Program-made: the position numbers and the translations under genes | Notes under the pieces: model-generated | The model's database searches: none | The model's input: only the letters and a program-made list of their open reading frames with translations | What the model was told of the DNA's origin: nothing | From: Eledone cirrhosa | Taxonomy: Eukaryota | Assembly: GCA_964016885.1 (NCBI GenBank) | Contig: OZ024741.1 | Span: forward strand, 310,310,001-310,374,000 | DNA: 64,000 nt | Direction of reading: 5' to 3' | Shown: in pieces, positions 1-12,296 of the stretch | Layout: every line of letters begins with the position of its first letter | Position numbering within the stretch: the stretch's first letter is position 1

Positions 1-264
1 CATGATATGAAGCTTAAAAAACACTTGTGAATAGTGAAGTTTTAAATCAACATATGTTGGAATGGCTATTTCAACGTATCTCTCGTTATCATCCAGAGTA
101 ACACCTCAATTTTGTTCTCTGTGGTTCTGCTACACTATCCGGGATCATATCAATGGGGGTCTAAAGTCTGTCTCGATCCCGGAGGCTCATCAGGCTAGTT
201 TTTCCCCCAGTTTCCGTGGCGTGAAATGACAAGACTCTACCCTCTGAACAGAACGCCAGTCCAT

Positions 265-440
265 CGCAGGGTTAACCCCCAACCCAGCTATTACTGGTAC
301 ACATTTGTAGCTGAATATACTGGAGCAACGTAAAATGAAGTGCTTTGCTCAAGAACACAACACAAAATCCAGTTCAGCTATCGAACCCATGACATGATGG
401 TAAGTTCAACACCCTTACCACTAAGCCATGCACCTTCACA
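265..440 (-). mobile_element. tRNA-derived SINE (family B, OK-like), partial
   Basis: Reverse strand reads gtgcatggcttagtggtaaggg...gggttcgatagc...ttcttgagcaaagcacttcattttacgttgctccagt, matching the head of the copy at 3772; A-box-like and B-box-like motifs present. Confidence 0.65.
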
Positions 441-519
441 TGTCATTGGGATGGCGATCTGTAAGTAGTCTTTCTCATATTTTTGTTGCAATCTTTGAAG
501 CTTATTCAACAATTGATAA

Positions 520-985
520 AGTAAGCCGCTAAAGGTGTAATATTAGCTACAAATGTATAGAAATGAGGTTCCTTTGAAGGGTCTTTGGCGTAACCTTACT
601 CGATAGAGTGTTTAGCTCGGAGATCAGAGTCGCTCCAGATAGAGCCATCAGAGCTCTGATATTATGGACACGTGGCTAGAATATCCCAGGAAAGAATGGC
701 AGGAAACGCCCCAAGTAGAGTCACTACTTTTCCGTATTGAGAGATGACAGCTCCGATATTACGGACATGTGGTTAGAATGTCTCAGGAAAGAATCGCTGG
801 ACAGATATTACAGGCAAAACCAACCAGGAATAAACCATGAGAAAGGTGGTTGGATAACATCCATGAGTTCGGCTGATTTCGCAGGGTCAATTGGAGACGG
901 TTGCTACTGACAGGATCCGCTGGAAGGAGTGTTTGAGGACTCTGCCCTCACCGCCCCGCCAAGAATATGTGGGCGAAGAAAAAGA
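520..985 (+). mobile_element. RTE-clade LINE 3' fragment, degenerate, with internal duplication
   Basis: Translates to EMRFL*RVFGVTLLDRV...YYGHVVRMSQER...KPTRNKP..WLDNI, typical of an RTE RT C-terminus; homologous to 5880-6260, 8715-8990 and 12405-12780. Confidence 0.65.
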
Positions 986-1395
986 ATTCACTAAAGGCAT
1001 CCCCAAGTCAACCAAATACACAAAATCTTAGTTAAAACAAATTAAAGGGAAGTAAATCTTGATACCTAAGAAGCAGGACAGAAGGAATTATTTCCCGTTG
1101 ATAGTTACTCTAATCGGTTAAAACAATTTCCACACAATGACAAATAACTTCTTGGTCGCTCTACCAGCTAAAAATACATTGAACAAAATATTTAAGTAAA
1201 ATCATCTTAAGAAACATCAACACCATTCTATCATGAGACACTACTAATGAAAAAGACGAATGTAGGAGAAATCGTCAATCCATATAAACTTTCACCGTTA
1301 ACTCAACAGACGACATGACTTAATATCTACACTCCTACATCGATCTATATGTTAATCCTTTCTCTCTCTCTATTATATATATATAACCTTTCTCT

Positions 1396-1533
<138 letters not shown>

Positions 1534-1869
1534 ACCAAAGACTAGTATGGTTCGTTGATTACTCAACAAAAACAATTTTACAATAGATTAGAAGCACTCA
1601 ACTAAAAAGTTTTCCTGGAGTTTTTAATATTATTCATATATTTTGTCTGATGAAAACGTACTGAAACAACACAGTACCTTTGAAATATATATAATAAAGT
1701 GTATATTTTGATTATGCGAGTATTTTTCATTTGTTAACATTTTGAATATTATATATATCACCTTGATCACTTTGACCGACCAGTCTGTCGGGCGCCACTC
1801 GGCGCCGCTGGTCACAGCACGTCGTGCTGTATTAGCCATAAGAAAACGCCATCATACTGGGTGGGCGGA

Positions 1870-1966
1870 CAGGCCGGTACTCATTTCTACAGCCGAGTAA
1901 ACTGGAATTGAACTCACAACCTTTCGATTGCAAGCCCAATGCTTTAACCACTAAGCCATGCGCCTT

Positions 1967-1968
<2 letters not shown>
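1870..1968 (-). mobile_element. SINE family B head, internally deleted
   Basis: Reverse complement of ggcgcatggcttagtggttaaagcattgggcttgcaatcgaaaggttgtgagttcaattcc, nearly identical to 3772-3835. Confidence 0.7.
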
Positions 1969-2020
<52 letters not shown>

Positions 2021-2023
<3 letters not shown>

Positions 2024-2213
2024 TAATTGTTTCTACTTTAGGCACAAAGCCAGAAATTACCCACCACATTACTGGTACTTTATTTTATCGACCCCGTAAG
2101 GATGAAAGGCAAAGTTAACCTCGGCGGGATTTGAACTCAGATAATAAAGGGACGTAACTCTATGCTAGAAAGCATGGCGTCCAACCCTCTACCGATACTG
2201 CCAATCAACCACT
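2021..2213 (-). mobile_element. tRNA-derived SINE (family A, Ceph/OR-like)
   Basis: Reverse complement of the SINE at 15123-15316 and 60905-61102; TGGCAG A-box-like, GAGTTCAAATCC B-box, conserved core gttaactttgcctttcatccttacggggtcgataaaataaagtaccagt. Confidence 0.8.
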
Positions 2214-2238
2214 TATATATATATAAAATAATAAAAAT

Positions 2239-2575
2239 AAACAAGAAAGACGATTTCATTTGTATATCCCTATTTATTTTGTCACATGTATTTCAAAGAC
2301 CTAAGGCAATTATATAACAACTGCCGTACGTGTTCTCTTCAGACCACAATCTAAACGAGATGTAAATATTCATTGATATGTTACCGGTCATAAATATATG
2401 TTTACTGGTCGGCGAAGGGAATAACACGTATGACTAGTAACATATCAATGGATATTTACATCTTGTTTGGATTGTGGTCTGAAGAGAACATGTATGGCAG
2501 ATGTTATACAACTGCCTTTGAAATACGTAAAACAAAATAAATATGGATGTACAAATAAAACAGTCTTTCCTGTTT
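2239..2575. repeat. Fold-back palindrome of a PLE-like terminal repeat with a degenerate HHR in each arm
   Basis: Arms of ~150 bp (aaacaagaaagac...ggtcata / tatgact...gtctttcctgttt) around a ~36 nt loop; each arm has CTGAAGA...GAAA-tac(g/a)t. Confidence 0.75.
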
Positions 2576-2611
2576 ATTATTATTATTATTATTTTTATTA
2601 TTATTATTATA

Positions 2612-2790
2612 TATCATCATCGTTTAACGTCTATCTTCCACGCTAGCATGGGTTAGATGGGAATTGTTTCATTTGAGGCAAGATTGGTCGGGAGACCGTG
2701 TCTCGCTGGTATAGGACTATATGGCAGGTTTTCTACGGTTGGATGCCCTTCCTAACACCAACCACATTTACAGTGTGGACTGGGAGCTTT
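2612..2790 (-). mobile_element. SINE family B 3' part with (GAT)n tail
   Basis: Reverse complement of gtggttggtgttaggaagggcatccaaccgtagaaaac...cccatgctagcgtggaagatagacgttaaacgatgatgat. Confidence 0.7.
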
Positions 2791-2847
2791 ATATATATAT
2801 ATAATAGAGATAGAGAGATTATATATGTATATATATATATATATATT

Positions 2848-2980
2848 AGGCAGACCTAGAAAAACATGGGATGAGCTGATAAACTCCGACCTCACACACT
2901 TACACCTCTCCAAGACAATGTCACTGGACCGTGACCTTTGGCGGTACTCAGTAACAGAGAAGACCCGCCTTGCCAGTAGG
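2848..2980 (+). mobile_element. RTE-like LINE 3' end fragment
   Basis: GRPRKTWDELINSDL...DRDLWR motif typical of RTE C-termini. Confidence 0.55.
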
Positions 2981-3169
2981 CATCTCTAACAAAATACACC
3001 CCTCCCGCCGCCACCCCCACCCCATCCACACCACCCCGTTCTATGTAAAGTTATGTTGGTGCCGCGCCATCCAGGCCGAAACAAATGAGATCGTGTAGGT
3101 GTCACGACAAAAAAACACACAGTCCACGCTGTAATGTGGCCGTGTAGGCAACACGGTAAAAACCTCCCA

Positions 3170-3345
3170 GACCCACACTGTAAATGTGGTTGGTGTTAGG
3201 AAGGGCATCCAACTGTAGAAAACCTGCCAGACAGTCCTATGCGAGCAAGACAATCACTCTTGCCTCAAGTGGGACTACCCCCGTCCAAACCCATGCAAGC
3301 GTGGAACACGGACGTTAAACGTTGATGATGATGATGATGATGATA
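3170..3345 (+). mobile_element. SINE family B 3' part with (GAT)n tail
   Basis: gtggttggtgttaggaagggcatccaactgtagaaaac...cccatgcaagcgtggaacacggacgttaaacgttgatgatgatg. Confidence 0.7.
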
Positions 3346-3470
3346 TATATATATATATATATATATAATAGCTTTCACCGTATTTTTGACTAAAGGAATT
3401 TTAGCCTGATAATGGGGTTTAGAACCCTCAGATAAATGGAAAAAGGTGAGTATTGACTTCAAAACATACT

Positions 3471-4118
<648 letters not shown>

Positions 4119-4252
4119 TATATATATATATATATATATATATCAAGTAAGTATGTTTTGAAGTCAATACTCATCTTTTTCCATTATATATATATATATA
4201 TATTAATTAAAGATCGGAGGCCATATTCAGTTAGTTCAGGTTTATTTAAAAC

Positions 4253-4312
4253 CCCGTTATACATAGTTCACTGAGGACTATCAGTTTAGATAGTCTGAGC
4301 TCTTCAGACGGG
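4253..4312 (-). ncRNA. Hammerhead-ribozyme-like motif (variant core GAAC); second copy at 14378-14437(+)
   Basis: cccgt-CTGAAGA-gctcagactatc/gatagtcctcagt-GAAC-tatgta-TA-acggg: stem I cccgt/acggg, stem II gactatc/gatagtc. Confidence 0.5.
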
Positions 4313-4584
4313 AAAACCTAAAATAAACATTGACAGTTGCTAATAAACCTTTAAATTTGGAAAATACAATAATTTCCTCCCAATAAGAATGCCTTTCCAA
4401 ACACCAACCACATTTACAGTGTACCAACGTAATATACAAACACGATATGTCATAATGATATACTAAAATAATATATTAACATCATCTACAAACATGTTAT
4501 ACTATCAACATGATGTAACATTTTTAAACTTCTGTTATTCAACCATTTTGTGACTGTATTTCTAATGAAAAACATTTCTAATGA

Positions 4585-4660
4585 AAAATGCCTTCTCCAT
4601 TCTGTCTGCCGGGGCTGTGGAGAGGCGATCAATATGATTGACTGACTTGTCATTTTATCA
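4585..4660 (+). mobile_element. CRE-like retrotransposon 3'-terminal remnant (inverted copy ~14017-14090)
   Basis: aaatgccttctccattctgtctgccggggctgtggagaggcgatcaatatgattgactgacttgtcattttatca matches the 3' ends at 32700-32775 and 40092-40165. Confidence 0.75.
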
Positions 4661-4939
4661 TGTACATCTCGTAAATTAATTTTTCTTTTCCCACAACAAC
4701 AAACTCCATCAGCCTATGATTTTAAAATAAATTTTAAGATAATCAAGAATTTGGAGAGACAAGTAATATTACTAACGTTCTCATTATAAATGAGATGTTT
4801 TTAGGTGGAAGGTTTTTAGATAAATATAATCACATGAAAATAAATAAATTTATATTGTAAAACTTATAAATAAATTTATATTGTAAAACTTATAAATAAA
4901 TTTATATTGTAAAACTTAAATTTATATTCAAAAGAACCA

Positions 4940-7095
4940 ACTAAATATTTAGTGCTTTTATAGATACATGTAGATGCTTCTCTAAAACATAAATCCAGAA
5001 ACTTCCAAATTTATAATCTTTATATATCGTAAATAAATTCCAATTATTTTACATATCAATATTTCTTCTTCAACCAGTGAAGAAATGTTTGTTGAAGATG
5101 AAACAAATGGATTTCTGATCTAATCATTTTCTTGTATTTGGATATTTGGGAAGTACTCAATTTCTCTTTAAGCAATATTAAAGATTAAAGGAGTAATATC
5201 ATATTTTAAATCACACTTGGTCGTTTTAGAAAACATTTCAACATTTTCCTTTTCAGATTACTATTTTATTTAACTGAGGTTAAGATAATTACTTTCCTGC
5301 CTTACATGTTGGTATTTATTCATTTAAAAGTTTACATATCTCAGCAAGCTATGGTTTTTTGTGCACAATTTTTAATTTTTTAAATTTGTTTAACAATCTG
5401 TAAACATGACAAAGCACACAACTTCTTAAGAGCCAATAAACTTCAGAGAAGAAAATATTTTGAAACTTTTTTCCTATCTCTTCACAAGCAAAACACTTTG
5501 ATTTGAAGAAGTTTGATTTTAATATAATTGGATCCTTTTTACCACTGCTTTTATAGCAACTTTCAATTGAGTTCCAGTTGTTTTGAAATTCATACCTCTT
5601 GGAATAAAAATATTTTCATTATCGTTTTTTGCCAAAGCTGTGAAGCCTTTTGGTGAAGTCATTGAGGATGCACCATTTTTTTTATCGTCTTACACAATCT
5701 GTCCATAGTAAATTGTCTTCTTTCATGAAACAATCTAAAATTTGGAATAGTTTTCAAACAAATTTTTGACAACGCAAAGATTTCTCTAGAATTTTGTTCT
5801 TATAAGTAAAAAAAAAACAACCCAAGAGTTGTGTTAACCCACTTACATCTGTTGACTGATATAGTTGCAGTACAAATATTTTTTATCTTCTTTGCCCACT
5901 TATTCCCAAGAGGGTCATGTGGGAAGAGTCCTCAAACACTCCTTCCAGTGGGTCCTGTCAGAAGCAACCACCCCCAAGCTCATGGATATTATCCAACCAT
6001 CTTTCTCGGGGGTGTACTCCTGGGTCTCTTGCCTGTTGGTTTTACCCATAAAATCTGTCCAGCGATTATTTCCTGAGACATTCTAACCACATGTCCATAG
6101 TATCAGAGCTGTGATCTCTCAATTTGGAAAAGTAGCAGCTCTACCTGGAGTGACTCTCTGATCTCCAAGCTACACACTTGATCGAGCAACATTACTCCAA
6201 AAACCCTTTGGAGGAATCCTATTTTAGCCACTTGTATTCGCGATCGTATTCTTTCAGTCATATCTTTTTATGGTTTATATCTTTTTATCATTACAAAAAG
6301 TAGCTTTTAGTTGCATTTTAATACTTTCAGACAATTTGAATCTGCCATCCAATTTTATTACCTGCTAAAGGATTCTTTTCTAATTTCAAATTCAAGGTGA
6401 AGCATTGTTCGAGCTACCAAACAACAAACATATTTTATAATAGTTTCAGCAATAATATGTGGCCCCTTATTTTTGGTTACTATTTGAACAACTAAGTAAC
6501 TTATTTCTTGAACTTTATCTGATGTTTTCAATTCTTGGGAAATACTGCAGATTGCCTCTAAATAGATTTTGAAATCACCTTGAAGTGTTTGAATGGCTTT
6601 TCTAACAAATGATAATGTTTGGAGGCAAAATGGCCCTTTAATTTATTCAGCACCATAATTTCTTTTTCAAGTATATTTCCACAGACCAAACATTAGGGAC
6701 AAAGATTTCTTTCATCAGAAAATGTAAAACACAGTTTCATATAATCGTCATTGTATAAAGGAGGTTTAGAAAAATATTAATGCATTTCTTACCTATTAAT
6801 ATAAAACCTTTAACATTGGATTCTAAAGTAATTTCATGTTAACACTACATTCTGTTGATTTTTCACAATTATCTTCAGCAGAATTTCTTTCCTTAAAAAA
6901 CCTATCCATTTTACTAAACATGAAGTTATTAACTAAACAAGTAAATTATCATACCATATGTAACCAATCACATATCTAATCATACACAACCTTGTCAGTT
7001 TTCAAATATTTTTCACAACTAAAGATTAATTAGATTTGAGTGGATTTTGTGACTCATCTATAGATTATTGTGACACAGAGTTTGGAAACCTCTAC
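4940..7095 (-). mobile_element. Decayed hAT (Buster/Charlie, ZBED5-like) DNA transposon interrupted by an RTE fragment
   Basis: Minus-strand remnants YNDDYMKLCFTF..P*CLVCGNIL..KLKGHF (BED finger), PHIIAETII, and VLQLYQSTDVSGLTQLL (cf. FALQLDESTD); Charlie-like terminus tagaggtttccaaac near 7095. Confidence 0.7.
5880..6260 (-). mobile_element. RTE-clade LINE 3' fragment nested in the hAT remnant
   Basis: MTERIRSRIQVAKIGFLQR...IERSQL*YYGHVVRMSQE...GKRPRSTP on the minus strand. Confidence 0.7.
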
Positions 7096-7159
7096 CATAA
7101 ACTCTCTGACAATATCTACTCCCATGTTAATATTTTTCTACATTGATGTAGTAAGACTC

Positions 7160-7790
7160 TTTGTTTTTAAACTACTTGTGGCTACCTTGGTGACCTAATT
7201 ATCAGCTGGGGAGGTTGCTCTGAGAGCATAATAGCTAGACTAAGGATAGCATGGAAGAAGTTTAGAGAGCTACACCTTCAGTTGACAACAAAGACTTTCT
7301 TCCTGTATATGAAAGGATGGCTGTATGAAGTGTGATGCTGTGTGATGCTGCATGGTAGTAAAACATGGGGTATGACTGGAGAGGACATGTGAAGGCTGGA
7401 GAGAAATGAAGCAACCATAGTTTTTTGAATGTGCAATGTAAATGTAAGAGAACAGCAGAGCTTGGATAAACTGAGGAAGAAACTGAGTTGAAGAATAATC
7501 CGAAGTAGTGTGCAAGAGAGAAGACTGCATTGGTGTAGGCATGTGATGTGCATGGATGATGATTGCTGGGTAAAGAAGTGTTATGAAATTCCAATAGAGG
7601 GAAGCTACACTAGAAATAGACCAAGGAAGACCTGGGTGGAGGTGGTGAGAGCTGATCTCAAATTGCTGTGACTCATGGAGGAGATAATGAAGAAACACAA
7701 TCAGGGAGAGATCTGTGCTGAAAAGGACCCATCCAACCCATGCTAGCATGGAAAAATGGACGTAAAAACAACAATGATGGTGATAACATA
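7160..7790 (+). mobile_element. RTE-like LINE 3' fragment whose tail resembles that of SINE family B
   Basis: LGDLIISWGGCSESIIARLRIAWKKFREL...RPRKTW; ends aacccatgctagcatggaaaaatggacgtaaaaac..gatg. Confidence 0.65.
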
Positions 7791-8017
7791 ATGCAAATAA
7801 CATAATGCAAATAAAAATTGTCTAATAAATTAAGATTATATCCATAATGAAGAGGAAAGTCGTGTGTTAATGAATGAGAACCTGTGTTAAGTTATGTTCC
7901 AAACACAAACAACAACTTTATAACGAGAAAGTTAGTTATATTATTAAATTTGTCTGAATTGTTGATTATTTTCAAATCGTGTCATTAGAAATATTTCTCT
8001 CAATCAATATATAATTG

Positions 8018-8300
8018 AAGGCCCATGGACAAGTAGTTAGGGTGTTGGTCTTATGATCATAGTGTGGTGGGTTTGATTGCTGGACTGGGTTGTGGGGTGT
8101 ACTTGAGGTAAATACTTCATTTCACGTTGCTCTAGTGGTTAGGGTGTTGGTTGTATGATCATAATGTTTTTTGTTTGATTCCTGGTCGGGGTTGTGTGTT
8201 TATGTTTTTGAGTAATACTTCATTTTAATTTGCTTCGGTATACTCAGCTTTAACTCTGTGATGGACTAGTGTTCTGTCCAGGGGGAAGTCTCTTCCACTC
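8018..8300 (+). mobile_element. Two tandem degenerate SINE family B heads
   Basis: Repeated agt(a/g)gttagggtgttgg...tgatcata...gtttgatt..tgg..ggg...aatacttcattt. Confidence 0.5.
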
Positions 8301-8714
8301 AGTCACTTAACATGAATGAAACTATGACACACTTTAAACTTTTGATGGACTGGTGTCCTGTCCAAGTCTTGTTTTCGCAGTAAATTAACACCAATAAACC
8401 GGGATAAGCACTGGCTTGAGACAGACTTTATTCTAATAAAAATAAAAACCAAATTTTTTTAACCATAATTATCCTCACCCTCCGTTTAGCCTCGTATTAG
8501 TGATATGGCATATTGGACGCAGTGAAAATTTGTTATTTACTTTTGGGGTGGGGGTTGTGTGCAATATGCTGGCCAACATGTTAATTTTTATTTGTTCTCA
8601 AGAAATATATGTGGTTCAGGGACCTATACAGGTATTTTAGATGGATTAATACAGGAGTCCATAACGCATTCTGACAGCCGAGGGCTTGTGAGTATTTCCA
8701 CTCCCACCTCTTCT

Positions 8715-8990
8715 ACAAATTAAGAGATAACAGCCCCGATATTACGGACATGAGGTTAGAGAGTCTCAGGAAAGAATCTCTGAACATATTTTATGGGCAA
8801 AACCAACTGGGACCCAGGGGTGGACTCCACCGAGCAAGATGGTTGGATAACATCCATGATCTTGGTTGATCATGCTTGGAGATCCAGCCAGATCAGTTGG
8901 AGATGGTTACTTCTGACAGGACCCCCTGGAAGGTATGTTTGAGGACTCTGCCCCCGCGACCCTCCCAGGAATAATTGGGAGAAGAAGTAA
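8715..8990 (+). mobile_element. RTE-clade LINE 3' fragment
   Basis: Homologous to 730-985 (gatattacggacatg...tttgaggactctgccc). Confidence 0.65.
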
Positions 8991-9239
8991 TAATAGAGGT
9001 AATAAACTGGCAGAGTCGTTAGAACAACAGGTAGATTGCATGTGCTATTAGTTCTGGTTCAACTTTCATCTGTTCAATGTTAATAAAATAAAGTACCAGT
9101 AATGCACTATGGCTGATTATAACTCTATATTACTGTCTCTGGGAGAAATTGGCTGTGTTGAGACATGGAGAGGGGTGTCCCTACAACTCCAAGAGTTACA
9201 CATCCTCACACATACAGTCCCAGTTAAATACTGGGGTGG

Positions 9240-9612
9240 ATTCTTCCTCTATATCTCATCCAAACAACAAAAGCACCTTGATGGCACTTACACTCGCCTG
9301 CTTCAACACATTCAGAGCATAAGCTGGCGACATCTGACTTTGATAGATATATATGCCGGCCTCCCACTCATATCCGTTGTACGTAAAAGGAGAGTAAGAT
9401 TTGCTGGCCACTGTCATCGTGCCACCTATGTGGCTGTGTCCCCATTAGTGCTTTGGAAACCACAAGCAGTCACTAAAAACAGGGGGTGCAAGCTCTCCTA
9501 CCCCGATGTCATCTCCAAAGATTCTGGTATTGAAATCCAGGAATTGGCAATGAACGACAGACCCGTGTGGAGATCAATTGTCCATTTCGGCTGAGGTCGC
9601 CGGATAATGATG
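9240..9612 (+). mobile_element. RTE-X-like LINE 3' fragment
   Basis: LDGTYTRLLQHIQSISWRHLT..IY..LP.IS..RKRRVRFAGHCHRA...DRPVWR in ORF 9109..9594. Confidence 0.65.
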
Positions 9613-9927
9613 ACAGGTGATATCTCTTTCTAACTTACTTTATCTCCCATCTCCATCTCACACACTCACTCTCTGGAAATAATGGTTGGTTGCATTCAGA
9701 CCTGGAGAGAGGTGTTCTCTGATTCCATTGAGATTTAGTGTTCCATAAATACATACAGAGAAAGTACCAGTTTAATATTGGTGTCAATTCTACCTCTATA
9801 TCTATTTATAAATTCCTTTCTATCAGACACACACACACACTCTCTCTCTCCCTTTATAGAAGAAACCATCTATGTTCAGAATTGAAGAGAGGGGAACACC
9901 TCTATGGTTCCATCAGGAGATACAGGT

Positions 9928-10174
<247 letters not shown>

Positions 10175-11138
10175 CCCTCTCTCTCTCCCTTTATAGAAGA
10201 AACCATCTATGTTCAGAATTGAAGAGAGGGGAACACCTCTATGGTTCCATCAGGAGATACAGGTCCACACACACACACTCACACAGACACACAATACCGG
10301 AGGGTGGGAATATTCCCAGTGTCCTTCACATGCTCCACCCTCCAATTCCATTTTTTTTTTGTTGGATGTGGGGGAAGTGAAGAGCATGTCAGAGGTCAGA
10401 TTAGTTAAAAACACACGGTGTGGGAAACCCTAGAAAAATAATTATTTCATAACAAACCCCAACGAGTGCTTTTTTTATAAATAAATTTACTCAAATTTTA
10501 TCAAAATTTAACAATTATTTAAATAAACATTTTTTAAAATAAAGGAAAATAAATTATCATTTTTTTCTTTTACGGAAATTCCCAAATATTTATTCGTAAG
10601 GATACGACGGTGGGTGTGGGTATTTTCATTTTGGATTTACCATGGGAAACTGTTTTACGTTGCACCTGTTGACGTTTACTTGAGTTGTGGACCCCTAATT
10701 GTGGGATAGCAGAAAAAAAGAGGAAACACTTTCAAACAGAAAACCTGGTGTTTTATAAATTTACCGGGGTGTAGTATAGTGTGGTTGGGTGTAGTGTAGG
10801 TTAGTGTGGTGTGCAGTGTTATAAAAAGTGACCTCAAAGATACTCGCAAGAAAAAAAAAAAAATTGAGGAAGAAAATCTTTCACACCGAGATCAATACCA
10901 TAGTGTGATGTAGTATAGTGTAGTTTGGTATATATATATATACATATATAGTTGTTATATAGTAAGGTGTATTATGGGTTGTGTAAAATGGTCCAATAAA
11001 TTTTTGTTAGCAATATTAAGTTCTCCACGCTTTAGTATATCTCCAATTCCATTCAAGGGAACAGCTAAATGATGTAAAACGGAGTATTAGTATCAAAATG
11101 AAAATCCGAAGGCAAGGTAAAATTTCCAATCATTTTAA

Positions 11139-11212
11139 TCACGACACATGTTTCAATAAGAGATAGATCGATCGTGAAGCCATGATCAATTATCACTGAT
11201 CTCATCAGGTGA
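11139..11212 (-). ncRNA. Hammerhead-ribozyme-like motif with an insertion next to stem II
   Basis: tcac-CTGATGA-gatcagt(gata)attgatc-~29 nt-GAAA-catgtg-TC-gtga; stem I tcac/gtga, GUC cleavage triplet. Confidence 0.5.
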
Positions 11213-11414
11213 AAATGAATTGTCTTCAAATTCTTGATATGAGGAAGAAAATTAGCAATGTTCACTCACAGAGTTCATTCCCTCATATGAAAATCAAGCA
11301 GTCAAAATGCGGCGACTGCTATCAACTTCAGTTAAGGTCATAAAACAATCAAATTTCTATATCCCAATAGCTGCAAAAGACGCTGGACATCAATAAAATC
11401 TGTAGAAATACAGT

Positions 11415-11595
11415 CGGTCACAGTTAATGTGAGTGGGTACACACACACTTAACACCCACACACACAGACTCGAAGTCAAAGAAAAAATATATATAAATAT
11501 ATACACACATCAACACAGTAGAACTATAGACGGTCACAATTAGTGTGAGTGGGTACACACACACCGAAGCGGTGTCAAAGAAAAAACAATAAATA
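11415..11595. repeat. Imperfect direct repeat (~115 bp period)
   Basis: ggtcaca..t.a.tgtgagtgggtacacacacac...gtcaaagaaaaaa occurs twice. Confidence 0.75.
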
Positions 11596-11763
11596 TAAGA
11601 ATATACCAACATAGCATTCACCGAAAAGTTAGTTTACAAAACAACAAATACTACATTGGTTAAATCTCAATTTGACGATGCAAATCACAGCCCCCCCCCC
11701 CCCCCCCCACAAAAAAGTAAATTCAGTTCAGTGTTCTGCTATACGTGTATAGATTGAATTGTA

Positions 11764-11850
11764 ACATCCGTATCTCCAAATAGTGTATGTTATGGTATAT
11801 ACACATCCGTATCGTCCAAAAAAGTGTATGTCCGGGTATATACACATCCA
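11764..11850. repeat. ~40 bp tandem repeat, just over 2 copies
   Basis: acatccgtatc(g)tccaaa..agtgtatgt...ggtatatac repeated. Confidence 0.75.
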
Positions 11851-12296
11851 TGTGAAGAGCAAGCAATCAGCTCATATCGAACTCAGTATGTACCGCTGTC
11901 CCATTGAGAATCCGAGTCCCAAAATCTGTGCGTGAAAGCAACCGCTATGTAGGCCAGCAAGGGGCTTCGTGCAGGGTTGGGTATTTGGGTTAAGGTGCCA
12001 GTAAGTGCGATTTCTCGTCATATGGGCCCTTGGGCTTTTAAGATAGGTGTTTGGTTGGTGGAGGTGTGTTATCCAACACAAAAGGTAAAGTAAAATAACA
12101 AAGGATAGCAATGCCTAGAGGATGTGTGTAAGCCCTTTAGTGGTGTGTAACTATTACTGTTCAATCCGTAACTGAGCACTCCATGGTTAGATGATCAAAA
12201 CCAAGAATAGTGTTCAATCGGTAGGAACGTGACCAGTCGTAACTGTGGAAACTCAATGTCTAAAGAAAACGGGTACTGTGTGTAGAGTTATGTATA

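Noticed and set aside
4940-6920. Domesticated ZBED/SCAND3-like gene
   Set aside because: Many stops and frameshifts, an RTE insertion and a residual transposon terminus.
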